Notes: generated by a model from the letters alone, not told the origin. A DNA stretch of 64,000 nt from an uncultured cyanobacterium (GCA_963744145.1 CAVUSO010000001.1:4032001-4096000); one strand, 5' to 3'. Counted from the stretch's first letter, positions 21,707-31,550 are shown. Translations and numbers: made by a program.

Positions 21707-21971
21707 TCTAAAACTCAGCGTTCATTTCTATGGGGTGAGGTAAATCATCAGGTTAGTCCTCATCATCATCAGGGTGATCCTGGTCTACGACGGTATAACC
21801 TTCTAGAGTTATGTCCTCGACTTCAAATAAGTTACTAGGTATCTCGTCATAATGCTCATCTGGGTGATCATTTTCTTCCTAATCGTTATGCTTTATCAGT
21901 TCCTAATTACTCTGAAGTATTTTACCGACTCAAAACTAACAAGTAGTTTATTTAAGTAACATAGGCAAAGT

Positions 21972-23141
21972 ATGAATATTCAAACCTCTCAAACTCGTGC
22001 AATATATCTTGACTACCACTCTACAACACCTGTCGATCCAAGAGTGGCAGAGATAATGCTGTATCACCTAACAGTAAATTTTGGCAACGCTAGCAGTACA
22101 GATCATACTTATGGCGATGAAGCAGCAGAAGCAATATTACAAACTTGTCGTAACGTTGCTGAATTAATAGGAGCTAAACCGCGAGAAGTTATATTTACTT
22201 CAGGAGCAACTGAAAGCATTAATTTAGTAATCCAAGGGAGTTTAGTTAATTCTGAAAAACCTCAAAAGATTGGTTTACTATCAGTTGAACATAAAGCAGT
22301 TTTAGATACCTGTTATACTTTAGCGAAAAAGAGACTTGTTCAACTAATTGAACTCCAAGTTGATTCAATGGGTAGACTTGACCTCGAATATCTAGAGCAA
22401 ATTTGTAGATCAGGTTTATCTCTGCTTTGTATAATGGCAGCTAATAATGAGGTAGGTAATATTTACCCGATTAAAGAAATTGGCAAAATTGCTCAGAATT
22501 ATGATATTCCTTTCTTGTGTGATGCTTCCCAAGCAGTTGGAAAAATTCCGATTAACTTTGAAGACTGGGGAATTACATATTTAGCAATTTCAGCTCATAA
22601 ACTTTATGGACCAAAAGGCTCAGGGGCTTTAATTGTAAGAAAAGGTCATAACTTAACCCCTCTGATATTTGGAGGAGGACATCAAAGAGGGATGAGGTCT
22701 GGAACTCTTAATGTCCCTGGTATAGTTGGATTAGGAGAAGCTTGTCACCTTCGTTTAGAGGAAATGGATACAGATGAAAAAGCGATCGCAAATCTTAGAG
22801 ATAGATTGCAAAACTTACTAATAGATAAAATTCCTGGTTTAGTAATTAACGGAGATAGATCAAATCGTCTACCGGGCAATCTTCATATTTCAATCCCAGA
22901 TGTTCCTAATAGCGCCATTATTGCTAGAGTACGCTCTAAATTAGCTATTTCAACTGGTTCAGCTTGTTCATCAGGTGTTGAAGCTCCTTCTCATGTACTT
23001 CGAGCTATGGGTCTTCCTTCTCATATAATTGAAGGTGCATTACGGATTGGGATTGGTAAATTTACGACATCTGAAGATATAGAACAAGCTGCTGATATTC
23101 TTTCAACTGCCGTTGGTCGTACTCGTCAAGTTTTGTCTTAA
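21972..23141 (+). CDS. sspA: cysteine desulfurase (SspA/DndA/IscS-like)
   Basis: YLDYHSTTP, SAHKLYGPKG, STGSACSS; last gene of the ssp cluster. Confidence 0.88.
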   Translation: MNIQTSQTRAIYLDYHSTTPVDPRVAEIMLYHLTVNFGNASSTDHTYGDEAAEAILQTCRNVAELIGAKPREVIFTSGATESINLVIQGSLVNSEKPQKIGLLSVEHKAVLDTCYTLAKKRLVQLIELQVDSMGRLDLEYLEQICRSGLSLLCIMAANNEVGNIYPIKEIGKIAQNYDIPFLCDASQAVGKIPINFEDWGITYLAISAHKLYGPKGSGALIVRKGHNLTPLIFGGGHQRGMRSGTLNVPGIVGLGEACHLRLEEMDTDEKAIANLRDRLQNLLIDKIPGLVINGDRSNRLPGNLHISIPDVPNSAIIARVRSKLAISTGSACSSGVEAPSHVLRAMGLPSHIIEGALRIGIGKFTTSEDIEQAADILSTAVGRTRQVLS

Positions 23142-23259
23142 GTTGATGACTATAGCGATCACTCCCAACCCAACCCAAAACTACTGCTCACAACCAAAAC
23201 TATCCTGATCTCGATCGAACTTATGTGGATCAGGTGGTAAAACCCAAGTCTGACTTTTG

Positions 23260-23348
23260 GCAATTCCTAATAATGATTATTTTTAGATAGAAAATAAAGT
23301 CTCAATACTTGAGTTAATCTAAATTAACTGATCCGATCTAACCATTAG
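23260..23348 (+). repeat. ~90-bp direct repeat, copy 2 of 177-269
   Basis: Direct comparison. Confidence 0.9.
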
Positions 23349-23380
23349 CTATAGTTAATCTGTTTGATTCATAAATAGCC

Positions 23381-23830
23381 GAGGGCAAAGCATTCCGGTC
23401 ATAGTTTTCTTCATTTAGGCAATCACTGATCTGCCGGAATGCTTTGCCCCTACAGACCCGGACAAAATTCTGTTCATGTTTTATTTAGGTTCGCTATAGA
23501 GCAATACGGTTCAGTTATCTGTAGGGGCGAAGCATTCGGGCGATCATTTATTGCTCAAGTTCGTTAATATTATATCCGAATGCTTCGCCCTTCTGCGCCG
23601 ATATCTGTAGGGGCATAGCATTCGGGCGATCATTTATTGCTCAAGTTTTACCCTGAGCGAAGTCGAAGGGCCGTTAATATTATATCCGAATGCTTCGCCC
23701 AGTTCTGCTGCGCCGATATCTGTAGGGGCGAAGCATTCGGGCGATCATTTATTGCTCAAGTTTTACCCTGAGCGAAGTCGAAGGGCCGTTAATATTATAT
23801 CCGAATGCTTCGCCCTTCTGCGCCGATATC
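23381..23830. repeat. GTAG-type REP-like palindromes, including three tandem units at ~23520-23830
   Basis: GTAGGGGCGAAGCATTCGG...CCGAATGCTTCGCCC inverted repeats. Confidence 0.9.
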
Positions 23831-23897
23831 TAAGAAATCGCGCCGATGCTCATATTTAATTAATCAAATTTCGCCGATCGCGATGGGAGTCAACTTG

Positions 23898-24491
23898 ATG
23901 AGTAATTATTTGTCATTCTTCCCAGAAGTATTGTTTATGCTGATTAGTTATGGAATTGGTGCTATCCCCATCACTTACTGGGTAGTAAAATTACTCACAG
24001 GTCAAGATTTAACCCAAGTGGGTACTGGAAATATTAGTGTAACTGCGGCTTTTCGTTATGGAGGAAAAATTAGTGGGATTATCTCGGTCATCGGTGAAGT
24101 TACTAAAGGAATGATTCCCGTTTATATAGCACAAATTTGGTTTCCAGCAACACCAGCTTGGCAAATTGTGGGCTTATGTTTTTTAGTGATGGGTAGATAT
24201 GCGATCGCTAAAGGTGGAGGAGTTACCAATGCTACTTGGGGAGTTCTCTTGTATTCACCTGTAGTAGCATTATCATCAGGAATAATAGGGTTATTAGTAT
24301 TAATTGTGGGACGAAAGTTTTTTCCCTCCCAACCGCACCAAGTTAGATTAAGAAGTGCCCGATGGGGATGTCTGAGTGGACCAATTTGGGTATTAATTTG
24401 GCGTCAATCTGTTTTAGAATTCTTAGTAGCAGTAGGATTAGCTTTATTGCTAGTAAGCATAAATATTCGTCAAAGTGATGATTTTTCCTAA
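23898..24491 (+). CDS. PlsY-like glycerol-3-phosphate acyltransferase domain (probably the N-terminal part of a frameshifted fusion)
   Basis: YGIGAIP...DL..VGTGNISVTAAF, EVTKG, KGGGV; ATG 23898 lies outside the REP cluster. Confidence 0.8.
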   Translation: MSNYLSFFPEVLFMLISYGIGAIPITYWVVKLLTGQDLTQVGTGNISVTAAFRYGGKISGIISVIGEVTKGMIPVYIAQIWFPATPAWQIVGLCFLVMGRYAIAKGGGVTNATWGVLLYSPVVALSSGIIGLLVLIVGRKFFPSQPHQVRLRSARWGCLSGPIWVLIWRQSVLEFLVAVGLALLLVSINIRQSDDFS

Positions 24492-26730
24492 AATAACACG
24501 ATTATTAACATTGACTGATCAATTAGATCCCCAAGTTTGCGGTGAAAAAGCAACTCGTTTAGCCCAATTAAAACAAGCTGGTTTTCCTGTTCCCGTTGGT
24601 TGGATTTTATTACCTGCTAATAAAATCGAAAGTCTCGACCAGATTCCTGTTAACTCTTATCCATCCTGGATCGTGAGATCGTCAGCTCTAGGAGAAGATA
24701 GCGATCGCCATTCAGGAGCGGGACAATATTTAAGTATTGGACCAGTAACTACAGTAACAGAATTAACTGAAGCGGTCAATCGTTGTCGTCAGTCCTATTG
24801 GGAAGAAAGAGCGATCGCGTACCGTCGTCACCGAACTTTACCTGATCAAAATATCGCTATATTAATTCAACCTTATATTCCTGGTCAAGTTGCAGGAGTA
24901 ATGTTTACCCGTCATCCTTTAGATGGGGGTTCCCAAGTAATTATTGAAGCATTACCGGGAGGTGCAGAAGGGGTAGTGAAAGGACAATCTACTCCCTTAC
25001 ATTTAGAAATAGATTTTAGTACAACTACTCGCTTAGAACAAAGTTTACAGTTAGCTCAAACACAACTTGATATCATCCGTGAACTGGTGAAACAAGCTCA
25101 AGCAATTGAAGCATTTTTTCATGGTTTACCTCAAGATATTGAATGGAGTTGGGATGGTGAAAAAGTTTGGATTTTGCAAAGTCGCTCAATTACTAATTTA
25201 GATCCGATTTGGACTAGAACTATTGCTGCTGAAGTAATTCCTGGAGTCATCCATCCTTTAACTTGGTCAATTAATCGTCCTTTAACTTGTGGAGTGTGGG
25301 GAGAAATATTTCAGATGATTTTGGGTGAAAAATCAGCGGGATTAGACTTTAATCAAACTGCAACTTTGCTCGGTTCCCATGCTTATTTTAATGCGACTCT
25401 CTTGGGAGAAATATTTAGAATGATGGGATTACCCGAACAAGGGTTGGAATTTCTATTACGAGGACAAAAAATTAGCAAACCACCCTTAAGAAAAGTTTTA
25501 TCTGGTTTACCAGGTTGGTGGAGATTGCTCCAAAAAGAACGAATTTTAGATCAGGAATTTCACCGCGATCTCCAGCAAATCTTTTTACCAGCTCTCCAAA
25601 GTTTAGCTCAAATTCCTGCGGCTGATTTATCTTTGACTGGGTTACTAGCTAGAGCTATAAAAATTCAGGTTTGGTTAAAAAAAATCACCTATTATAATAT
25701 CTTAGGACCGATTGGATTAGCAATCAGGCGATCGCTATTTAAAATTCCCCAAGAATGGTTAAATAGTCCTACTGCTCCCGAAATAGCTTCCCTGAGACAA
25801 TTACAACAACTAGCAACCAAATTAAAATCAGCAGATTTGCCAAAATTTCCCACGGGAGTAGAAATTGAATTTCAACGTTGGATTAATACCTATGGATATT
25901 TAAGCGAAGTTGGTACGGATATTGCGGTATCTACCTGGTGTGAAAATCCCGATCATTTGCGTCAGATCTTAATCAATATGGCTCAAAATCCAGTTACTGC
26001 TAAACCAGAGCTATTATCATCACAATTAAACTGGTGGCAAAATTGGCGATTAGCTCAATGCGATCGCAGAAATCTAGTTAAAAGTCAAATTAGTGAAATT
26101 TATGCACGTTTCTTAGCTCATTTACGTTGGACTTTTTTAGCCATAGAAGCTCACGGATTAACCAGACAAGAATTAGCAGAACCTGGAGATATTTTTTATT
26201 TAGAGTTTCGCGAAATTAAAGCATGGATTGAAAGAACAGAAAAGATAATTTTAACAGAGCGGATTAAACCCAGAAGAGAACAAGTAAAACGCGATCGCGA
26301 TCGGGTAGTACCGGAAGTAGTTTATGGAAATTTATTACCAGAAGTGTCGCAACTACCAGAAAATCAGCTAGGGAGCAAAGATCATTTTTTCCAAGGAATC
26401 CCTGCTAGTGCTGGTTGTGTAGAAGGATATATTAAAATCTATCGCAATTTCACCCTGGATTTAACCGATGGGGAAAAACCAGTCATGTTAGTACCCTATA
26501 CCGATGCGGGTTGGGCACCATTATTATTAGGAGCAAAAGCAATTATCGCTGAAGTTGGGGGACAATTATCTCACGGAGCTATAATTGCGCGTGAATATGG
26601 TATCCCCGCAGTGATGAATATTCCTCATGTAACTACACTTTTACAAGATGGTCAAAAAGTCAGAGTAGATGGATATCGGGGAACTGTAGAAATATTAGAT
26701 GAGGATATACCCCAAAATAGCCTGAACTGA
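24475..26730 (+). CDS. PEP-utilising enzyme (PPDK/PEP-synthase-like ATP-grasp plus phospho-His domain)
   Basis: VRSSALGED..SGAGQY, PQDIEW, GGQLSHGAIIAREYGIPAV. Confidence 0.88.
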   Translation: MMIFPKITRLLTLTDQLDPQVCGEKATRLAQLKQAGFPVPVGWILLPANKIESLDQIPVNSYPSWIVRSSALGEDSDRHSGAGQYLSIGPVTTVTELTEAVNRCRQSYWEERAIAYRRHRTLPDQNIAILIQPYIPGQVAGVMFTRHPLDGGSQVIIEALPGGAEGVVKGQSTPLHLEIDFSTTTRLEQSLQLAQTQLDIIRELVKQAQAIEAFFHGLPQDIEWSWDGEKVWILQSRSITNLDPIWTRTIAAEVIPGVIHPLTWSINRPLTCGVWGEIFQMILGEKSAGLDFNQTATLLGSHAYFNATLLGEIFRMMGLPEQGLEFLLRGQKISKPPLRKVLSGLPGWWRLLQKERILDQEFHRDLQQIFLPALQSLAQIPAADLSLTGLLARAIKIQVWLKKITYYNILGPIGLAIRRSLFKIPQEWLNSPTAPEIASLRQLQQLATKLKSADLPKFPTGVEIEFQRWINTYGYLSEVGTDIAVSTWCENPDHLRQILINMAQNPVTAKPELLSSQLNWWQNWRLAQCDRRNLVKSQISEIYARFLAHLRWTFLAIEAHGLTRQELAEPGDIFYLEFREIKAWIERTEKIILTERIKPRREQVKRDRDRVVPEVVYGNLLPEVSQLPENQLGSKDHFFQGIPASAGCVEGYIKIYRNFTLDLTDGEKPVMLVPYTDAGWAPLLLGAKAIIAEVGGQLSHGAIIAREYGIPAVMNIPHVTTLLQDGQKVRVDGYRGTVEILDEDIPQNSLN

Positions 26731-26753
26731 ACCTAATTGTATTTTATTTTCCC

Positions 26754-27010
26754 GTAGGGGCAAAGCATTTCGGCGCATAAATAAATAATTAAACGTTTAC
26801 CCTGAGCGTAGTCGAAGGGAAGAATAATAAGACCGAAATGCTTTGCCCCCATATTTAAGCAACCAACAGATCAACTACATACTATATATATTGCAATATG
26901 GTTCAGTTAAGGATATTTTTGAGCATCTCGGCGCAGAAGAGGGTGAAGCATTCGGGTATAATATTACTGCTTTGATTGTTCAATTATCGCCCGAATGCTT
27001 CACCCCTACA
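26754..27010. repeat. two REP-like palindromic elements between convergent genes
   Basis: GTAGGGGCAAAGCATTTCGG..CCGAAATGCTTTGCCCC and GGGTGAAGCATTCGGG..CCCGAATGCTTCACCCCTAC. Confidence 0.85.
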
Positions 27011-27028
27011 CTTATCAACTTAAGGGAA

Positions 27029-29158
27029 TCACAATATAAATTTATCAGTTCCTGCTACGATAGAATCATGATCATGCCGATCGCGATAATGGGCTGGTAA
27101 AGTAATCGTAAAAATTGAACCTTTTCCTAACTCACTTGCAACCTGAATATTTCCGCTCATCATTTGGCAAAATTTCCTAGTAATTGTCAGTCCTAACCCC
27201 GTACCCCCATATTTACGAGTAAAAGATTCATCTGCTTGAGTAAAAGCTTGAAACAGTTTTTCTTGTTGTTCCAAATTCATCCCAATCCCTGTATCCTGAA
27301 CCGAAAAACTAACCCACTCTTGCTCATGCTCCCAAAACCTGACCACATTGAGAGAAATTGTGCCATTTTGGGTAAATTTATTAGCATTACTTAACAAATT
27401 AAATAAACCCTGACGTAATTTTACTATATCTCCATACATTGTCCCAATATCTTCAGGACAGTTAACGTTTAAAGTATTAGAATTTTTGTCTAATAAAGGT
27501 GCAAAAATCATCTCTACTTCTTTGAGAATTGAAATAATCTCAAAAGTTTCTAAATAGAGATTCATTTTCCCAGCTTCAATTTTTGATAAGTCTAAAATAT
27601 CGTTAATAATCTCTAACAGATGTTTCCCAGCACTATTAATTCTTTGTAAGTCGGCAATTATCTCTTCCGGGTCAACTTCTCCAATTTCTTCTTGTAAAAT
27701 TTCACTATAACCGATAATTGCATTTAAGGGAGTACGCAGCTCATGACTCATATTCGCAAGAAATAAACTTTTAGCTTGGGAAGCTTCTTCTGCTTCAGCA
27801 CGACATTTTTGTGCTTCTTGACTTCTGGTTTCTAAATCAGCAAAAGATTTTTGTAATTCGCTACTCATGCGATTAAAAGCATTCCCTAAAGTTCCTAGTT
27901 CATCGTTTCGCTCAATATTTACTTGCTGATGAAAATCACCCTGAGAAATATTTTTTGCTGCTAAAGTCAAACGGGAAATTGGTTTCATCATTCTTCCAGT
28001 TAATAACCAGGTTAAAGTGCCAATGATGATCACCGTAAGTAGAGCTAAAAAAAATGCTATTTGGACAAAAAATACTTCCTTTTCTAAAACTTCTGTTTCT
28101 TGTTGTAAAATCACTACTCCCCAGTCATTTTTAAGTTTATTTCCCTGCGCTAACCATTTAATTCCTTGTTGATCAATAAAAGAAAATAAACCTGTTTTTC
28201 CAGCTAAGATGGCTTTTACTGGTTCATAGTCTTGCCAATTTGTAAGTTTGTTTCCTGAAATTAAACTACGGTCAGGATGAGCTAAAAGCTGTCCTTTTTC
28301 ATCTACTAAAAAAGCAAATCCGGTTTTTTCTACCCGAACTGCTCCCACTATTTCTACTAAATCAGTTAAAATGGTAGAACATAAAAAAATGCCTTTCATG
28401 GGTTGATTTTTATTACTTATATCGGGCATATATCGGGCATTTTTATACTGTTGATATGCTAAATTAATCAATCGGTAAGTAGTCGGTTCTGCTTGTCCCG
28501 TAACTGATAAACCAGGATAGTTTTTTTGAAATAATGATACTGCCTCAGTGGTAGCATGATCATAAACTCCACTAAAATTACCTTGGTAATAGTTAAGTTG
28601 GCTTAATTTTTGCTGTAGGGCTTTGACTAAATTACCATGATCACCTACTTTTAAACTAATTAATTCGTGAATTGGTGCGGCAAAAATAACTGCTGGTTTG
28701 CCACTAACCCGAGAAATTAATGTTTCTGTACTATATTCCTTACCGTTAATGATATCTTGAAACCACTGGCGATCGCCTCGATAGATATGGTCTGGTAATC
28801 TCCCATTGCTACGCACAGTATTATATCCATTTAAGTTATAAATATCTGCCGTATATAGATAGGGATAAGTCTGTTTAACTATAGTCATAATCGCTAACTG
28901 TTTTTTTTCATCCATGCTTGCTATCTCAGGAATTTCACTGACACTTTTTAAAATCAAAACATTATTTTCTTCCCATTTAGACACATTTTCTGTTAAGGTA
29001 TTTACCTTTAATTCTAGATTCTTTTTAGTTTGATTACTAATAATTCTAACTGCATAAAAACTAGCCAAAAATATCGCCCCAATAATTGGGGGCACAATGC
29101 CTAATAATACTACCACAGTAATGCGAAATCGTAAACTAAGAAAAAGTTTCTTTACCAT
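27029..29158 (-). CDS. sensor histidine kinase with a peptidoglycan-binding domain inside the Cache sensor region
   Basis: TM-Cache-TM-HAMP-HisKA (SHELRTPLN)-HATPase; PGBD-like [30 protein letters not shown]; likely start 29158. Confidence 0.9.
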   Translation of the reverse strand: MVKKLFLSLRFRITVVVLLGIVPPIIGAIFLASFYAVRIISNQTKKNLELKVNTLTENVSKWEENNVLILKSVSEIPEIASMDEKKQLAIMTIVKQTYPYLYTADIYNLNGYNTVRSNGRLPDHIYRGDRQWFQDIINGKEYSTETLISRVSGKPAVIFAAPIHELISLKVGDHGNLVKALQQKLSQLNYYQGNFSGVYDHATTEAVSLFQKNYPGLSVTGQAEPTTYRLINLAYQQYKNARYMPDISNKNQPMKGIFLCSTILTDLVEIVGAVRVEKTGFAFLVDEKGQLLAHPDRSLISGNKLTNWQDYEPVKAILAGKTGLFSFIDQQGIKWLAQGNKLKNDWGVVILQQETEVLEKEVFFVQIAFFLALLTVIIIGTLTWLLTGRMMKPISRLTLAAKNISQGDFHQQVNIERNDELGTLGNAFNRMSSELQKSFADLETRSQEAQKCRAEAEEASQAKSLFLANMSHELRTPLNAIIGYSEILQEEIGEVDPEEIIADLQRINSAGKHLLEIINDILDLSKIEAGKMNLYLETFEIISILKEVEMIFAPLLDKNSNTLNVNCPEDIGTMYGDIVKLRQGLFNLLSNANKFTQNGTISLNVVRFWEHEQEWVSFSVQDTGIGMNLEQQEKLFQAFTQADESFTRKYGGTGLGLTITRKFCQMMSGNIQVASELGKGSIFTITLPAHYRDRHDHDSIVAGTDKFIL

Positions 29159-29259
29159 AGAAATATTCTGGTATTGACAAAGATGCTTTGGCACAGATAA
29201 ATTGATCTTAACAAGATTTTGCTCGATAATTTTATCGATGCGATCGGATCATTAACTTT

Positions 29260-29697
29260 ATGAACTTACCTTCTTTTCTTTGGTTATGGAAAATAGCTGC
29301 TTGGTCAATGGGTTTTACCTTGATTGCGTATTTATTACTAGCAATAACGGGTACTTCGCTATTTTACCTTCGTTATAGCAAACACCAAAGACCTCGGTGG
29401 TTGCGACCTCTTCACTATATCACTGGTGGAGTAATGATTGGATTAGTGCTGATCTTGCTGGGGGTCGGTTTAGTCGGTACGATCGGTTATTATGGTAACT
29501 TGGGTCATTCCATTCACCTAGCTGCTGGTTTAACAGTAGTAATATTAGTAATTATCTCCGCGTGGAGTTCTACCCAGATTAGCATTAAAAAAACCTGGGC
29601 TCGTCCTGTTCATATCGGTACTAATCTCCTGCTCTTAGGAGGATTACTTTGGGTGACGTTAACTGGATGGACAGTAGTGCAAAAATATTTACCTTAA
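29260..29697 (+). CDS. DUF4079 membrane protein
   Basis: [19 protein letters not shown]-terminus, 4 TM helices with His residues. Confidence 0.8.
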   Translation: MNLPSFLWLWKIAAWSMGFTLIAYLLLAITGTSLFYLRYSKHQRPRWLRPLHYITGGVMIGLVLILLGVGLVGTIGYYGNLGHSIHLAAGLTVVILVIISAWSSTQISIKKTWARPVHIGTNLLLLGGLLWVTLTGWTVVQKYLP

Positions 29698-31085
29698 AAA
29701 TCGATATTCAGAGGAGCGCGAGGAAAAGGAATCACATCTCGAATATTAGCCATTCCCGTCATAAACTGGACTAAACGCTCAAATCCTAAACCAAATCCAG
29801 CATGAGGAACTGTACCATAACGACGCAAATCTAAATACCACCAATAATCTTTTACATTTAAACCCTGATTGGTGATTCTTTTTTCCAAGACTTCCAAACG
29901 CTCTTCCCGTTGAGATCCACCAATAATTTCTCCAATTTTCGGTGCTAAAATATCCATCGCAGCTACAGTTTTTTCGTCATCATTCAACCGCATATAAAAA
30001 GCTTTAATTTCTACTGGATAATCAGTCAGAATAACTGGCTTTTTAAATACTTCTTCAGCGAGATAACGTTCATGTTCTGATTGCAAATCTAATCCCCAAT
30101 TGACGGGATATTCAAATTGTTTATCGGCTTTTTCTAAAATTGCAATTGCTTCTGTATAAGTTAATCGAGCGAATTCATTATTAATAATATTCTCCGCTGT
30201 AGCTAGAACTGAGTTATCAATCCTTTGATTAAAAAATTCCAGATCATCAGCACATTTTTCCAACACTGATTTAAAAATATGCTTTAAAAAAGCTTCAGCT
30301 AAATCCATATCCCCTTTTAAGTCACAAAAAGCCATTTCTGGTTCGATCATCCAAAATTCTGCTAAATGTCGAGAGGTATGAGAATTTTCAGCTCGAAATG
30401 TTGGTCCAAAAGTATAAACATTACTAAAGGACATAGCCATAATTTCCGCTTCGAGCTGTCCACTCACGGTCAGAAAAGCTGGTTTACCAAAAAAATCCTT
30501 ACTGTAATCTACCTCTTGAGCTGCTGTACGCGGCAAATTCTGCAAGTTTAAACTGGTAACTGCAAACATTTCCCCTGCACCTTCACAATCACTAGCTGTG
30601 ATAATGGGGGTATGCACCCACAAAAAACCCCGTTCTTGAAAAAATTGGTGAATCGCACTAGCACAAGCATTGCGAACTCGAAATACCGCACCTAAAGTAT
30701 TAGTCCGCGATCGCAAATGTCCAATTTCCCGTAAAAATTCAAAACTATGACGTTTTTTCTGTAAGGGATAACTTTCTGGATCAGCTTCACCATAAACGAT
30801 TAATTCTGAAACCTTTAATTCAATCCTTTGTCCTTTAGCTGGAGATGTCACTAAAACACCATGAATTTCGACAGAAGCCCCAGTATTTAATCGTTTCAGG
30901 ATATTCTCGTAATCGGGCAAATCCACATTAACTACAGCTTGAATATTGGCCATTGATGAGCCATCGTTAACTTCTAAAAAAGTAAATTCTTTTAATTCGC
31001 GCTTAGTCCTGATCCATCCTTGGATCGAAACTAACTCACCAGGTTGGCCATTTTTTAATAAATCAGCAATCCGTCTTGTTGTCAT
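29694..31085 (-). CDS. asnS: asparagine--tRNA ligase
   Basis: [34 protein letters not shown]; start MTTRR at 31085. Confidence 0.97.
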   Translation of the reverse strand: MTTRRIADLLKNGQPGELVSIQGWIRTKRELKEFTFLEVNDGSSMANIQAVVNVDLPDYENILKRLNTGASVEIHGVLVTSPAKGQRIELKVSELIVYGEADPESYPLQKKRHSFEFLREIGHLRSRTNTLGAVFRVRNACASAIHQFFQERGFLWVHTPIITASDCEGAGEMFAVTSLNLQNLPRTAAQEVDYSKDFFGKPAFLTVSGQLEAEIMAMSFSNVYTFGPTFRAENSHTSRHLAEFWMIEPEMAFCDLKGDMDLAEAFLKHIFKSVLEKCADDLEFFNQRIDNSVLATAENIINNEFARLTYTEAIAILEKADKQFEYPVNWGLDLQSEHERYLAEEVFKKPVILTDYPVEIKAFYMRLNDDEKTVAAMDILAPKIGEIIGGSQREERLEVLEKRITNQGLNVKDYWWYLDLRRYGTVPHAGFGLGFERLVQFMTGMANIRDVIPFPRAPLNIDF

Positions 31086-31175
31086 TTCTTTATCCTTTTT
31101 ACCAAGTGTATTAGACCAGAAAGCAAAAGTAACTAGGACAGTCAAGATGACTGTCCCACAAGAGTCCTTAAACAT

Positions 31176-31550
31176 CTAACCTGTACAAGATTTTAAGATC
31201 CAGCCAATCACAATCCCTAATCCACCAAAACGAATTGCTTGCCAAAAAGGTTCTCTTAAGCTTCTCCAATTCAACAGATTACTTTCGAGATTGAGTTCTA
31301 AAGCTTCTAATTCTGCCTTAATCTGTTTTAACTCTTGCTTTAATTCTGGCAATAAATTTTGACGCGATTGCTGGTGGATTTCCTCCCGTCGATGACCAAG
31401 TTCCTGCTGTCGTAAGCGATCGCGTTTTACTTGTTCATAACGGGCTTTAATTTGGGCCAAAGACTCCTCAGTAGTTTGTAATTCTTGCTCAAACTCTGGC
31501 TCATTGACCCCATTAGTCGAATTCGGAGATGGTTCTTCTGGCGAATTCAT
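31176..31550 (-). CDS. conserved cyanobacterial coiled-coil protein with C-terminal TM helix
   Basis: FWQAIRFGGLGIVIGWILK tail. Confidence 0.75.
   Translation of the reverse strand: MNSPEEPSPNSTNGVNEPEFEQELQTTEESLAQIKARYEQVKRDRLRQQELGHRREEIHQQSRQNLLPELKQELKQIKAELEALELNLESNLLNWRSLREPFWQAIRFGGLGIVIGWILKSCTG

Larger units (their letters stand above)
20060..21875 (-). mobile_element. IS110-family insertion sequence, 1816 bp
   Basis: ATTTTC at both junctions (20054-20059 and 21870-21875); removal restores the host frame; IS110 recombinase plus ~450-bp upstream non-coding end. Confidence 0.92.
19186..21946 (+). pseudogene. PLD-family (single HxK) nuclease interrupted near its 3' end by IS110
   Basis: LHAKYY...GSANLT; joining 20059 to 21876 restores RWLLYF-LPNRYALSVPNYSEVFYRLKTNK* (TAG 21944-21946), 25 bp before the next gene. 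Confidence 0.85.

Noticed and set aside
21745..21773. Two more CUGAUGA motifs as extra hammerheads
   Set aside because: No stem II followed by GAAA and stem III in register; one lies in a run of Asp codons
23520..23830. CRISPR array
   Set aside because: Units are wholly repeated palindromes with no unique spacers, and there are no cas genes
26843..27100. 85-aa ORF
   Set aside because: Made of REP sequence and overlaps the kinase 3' end
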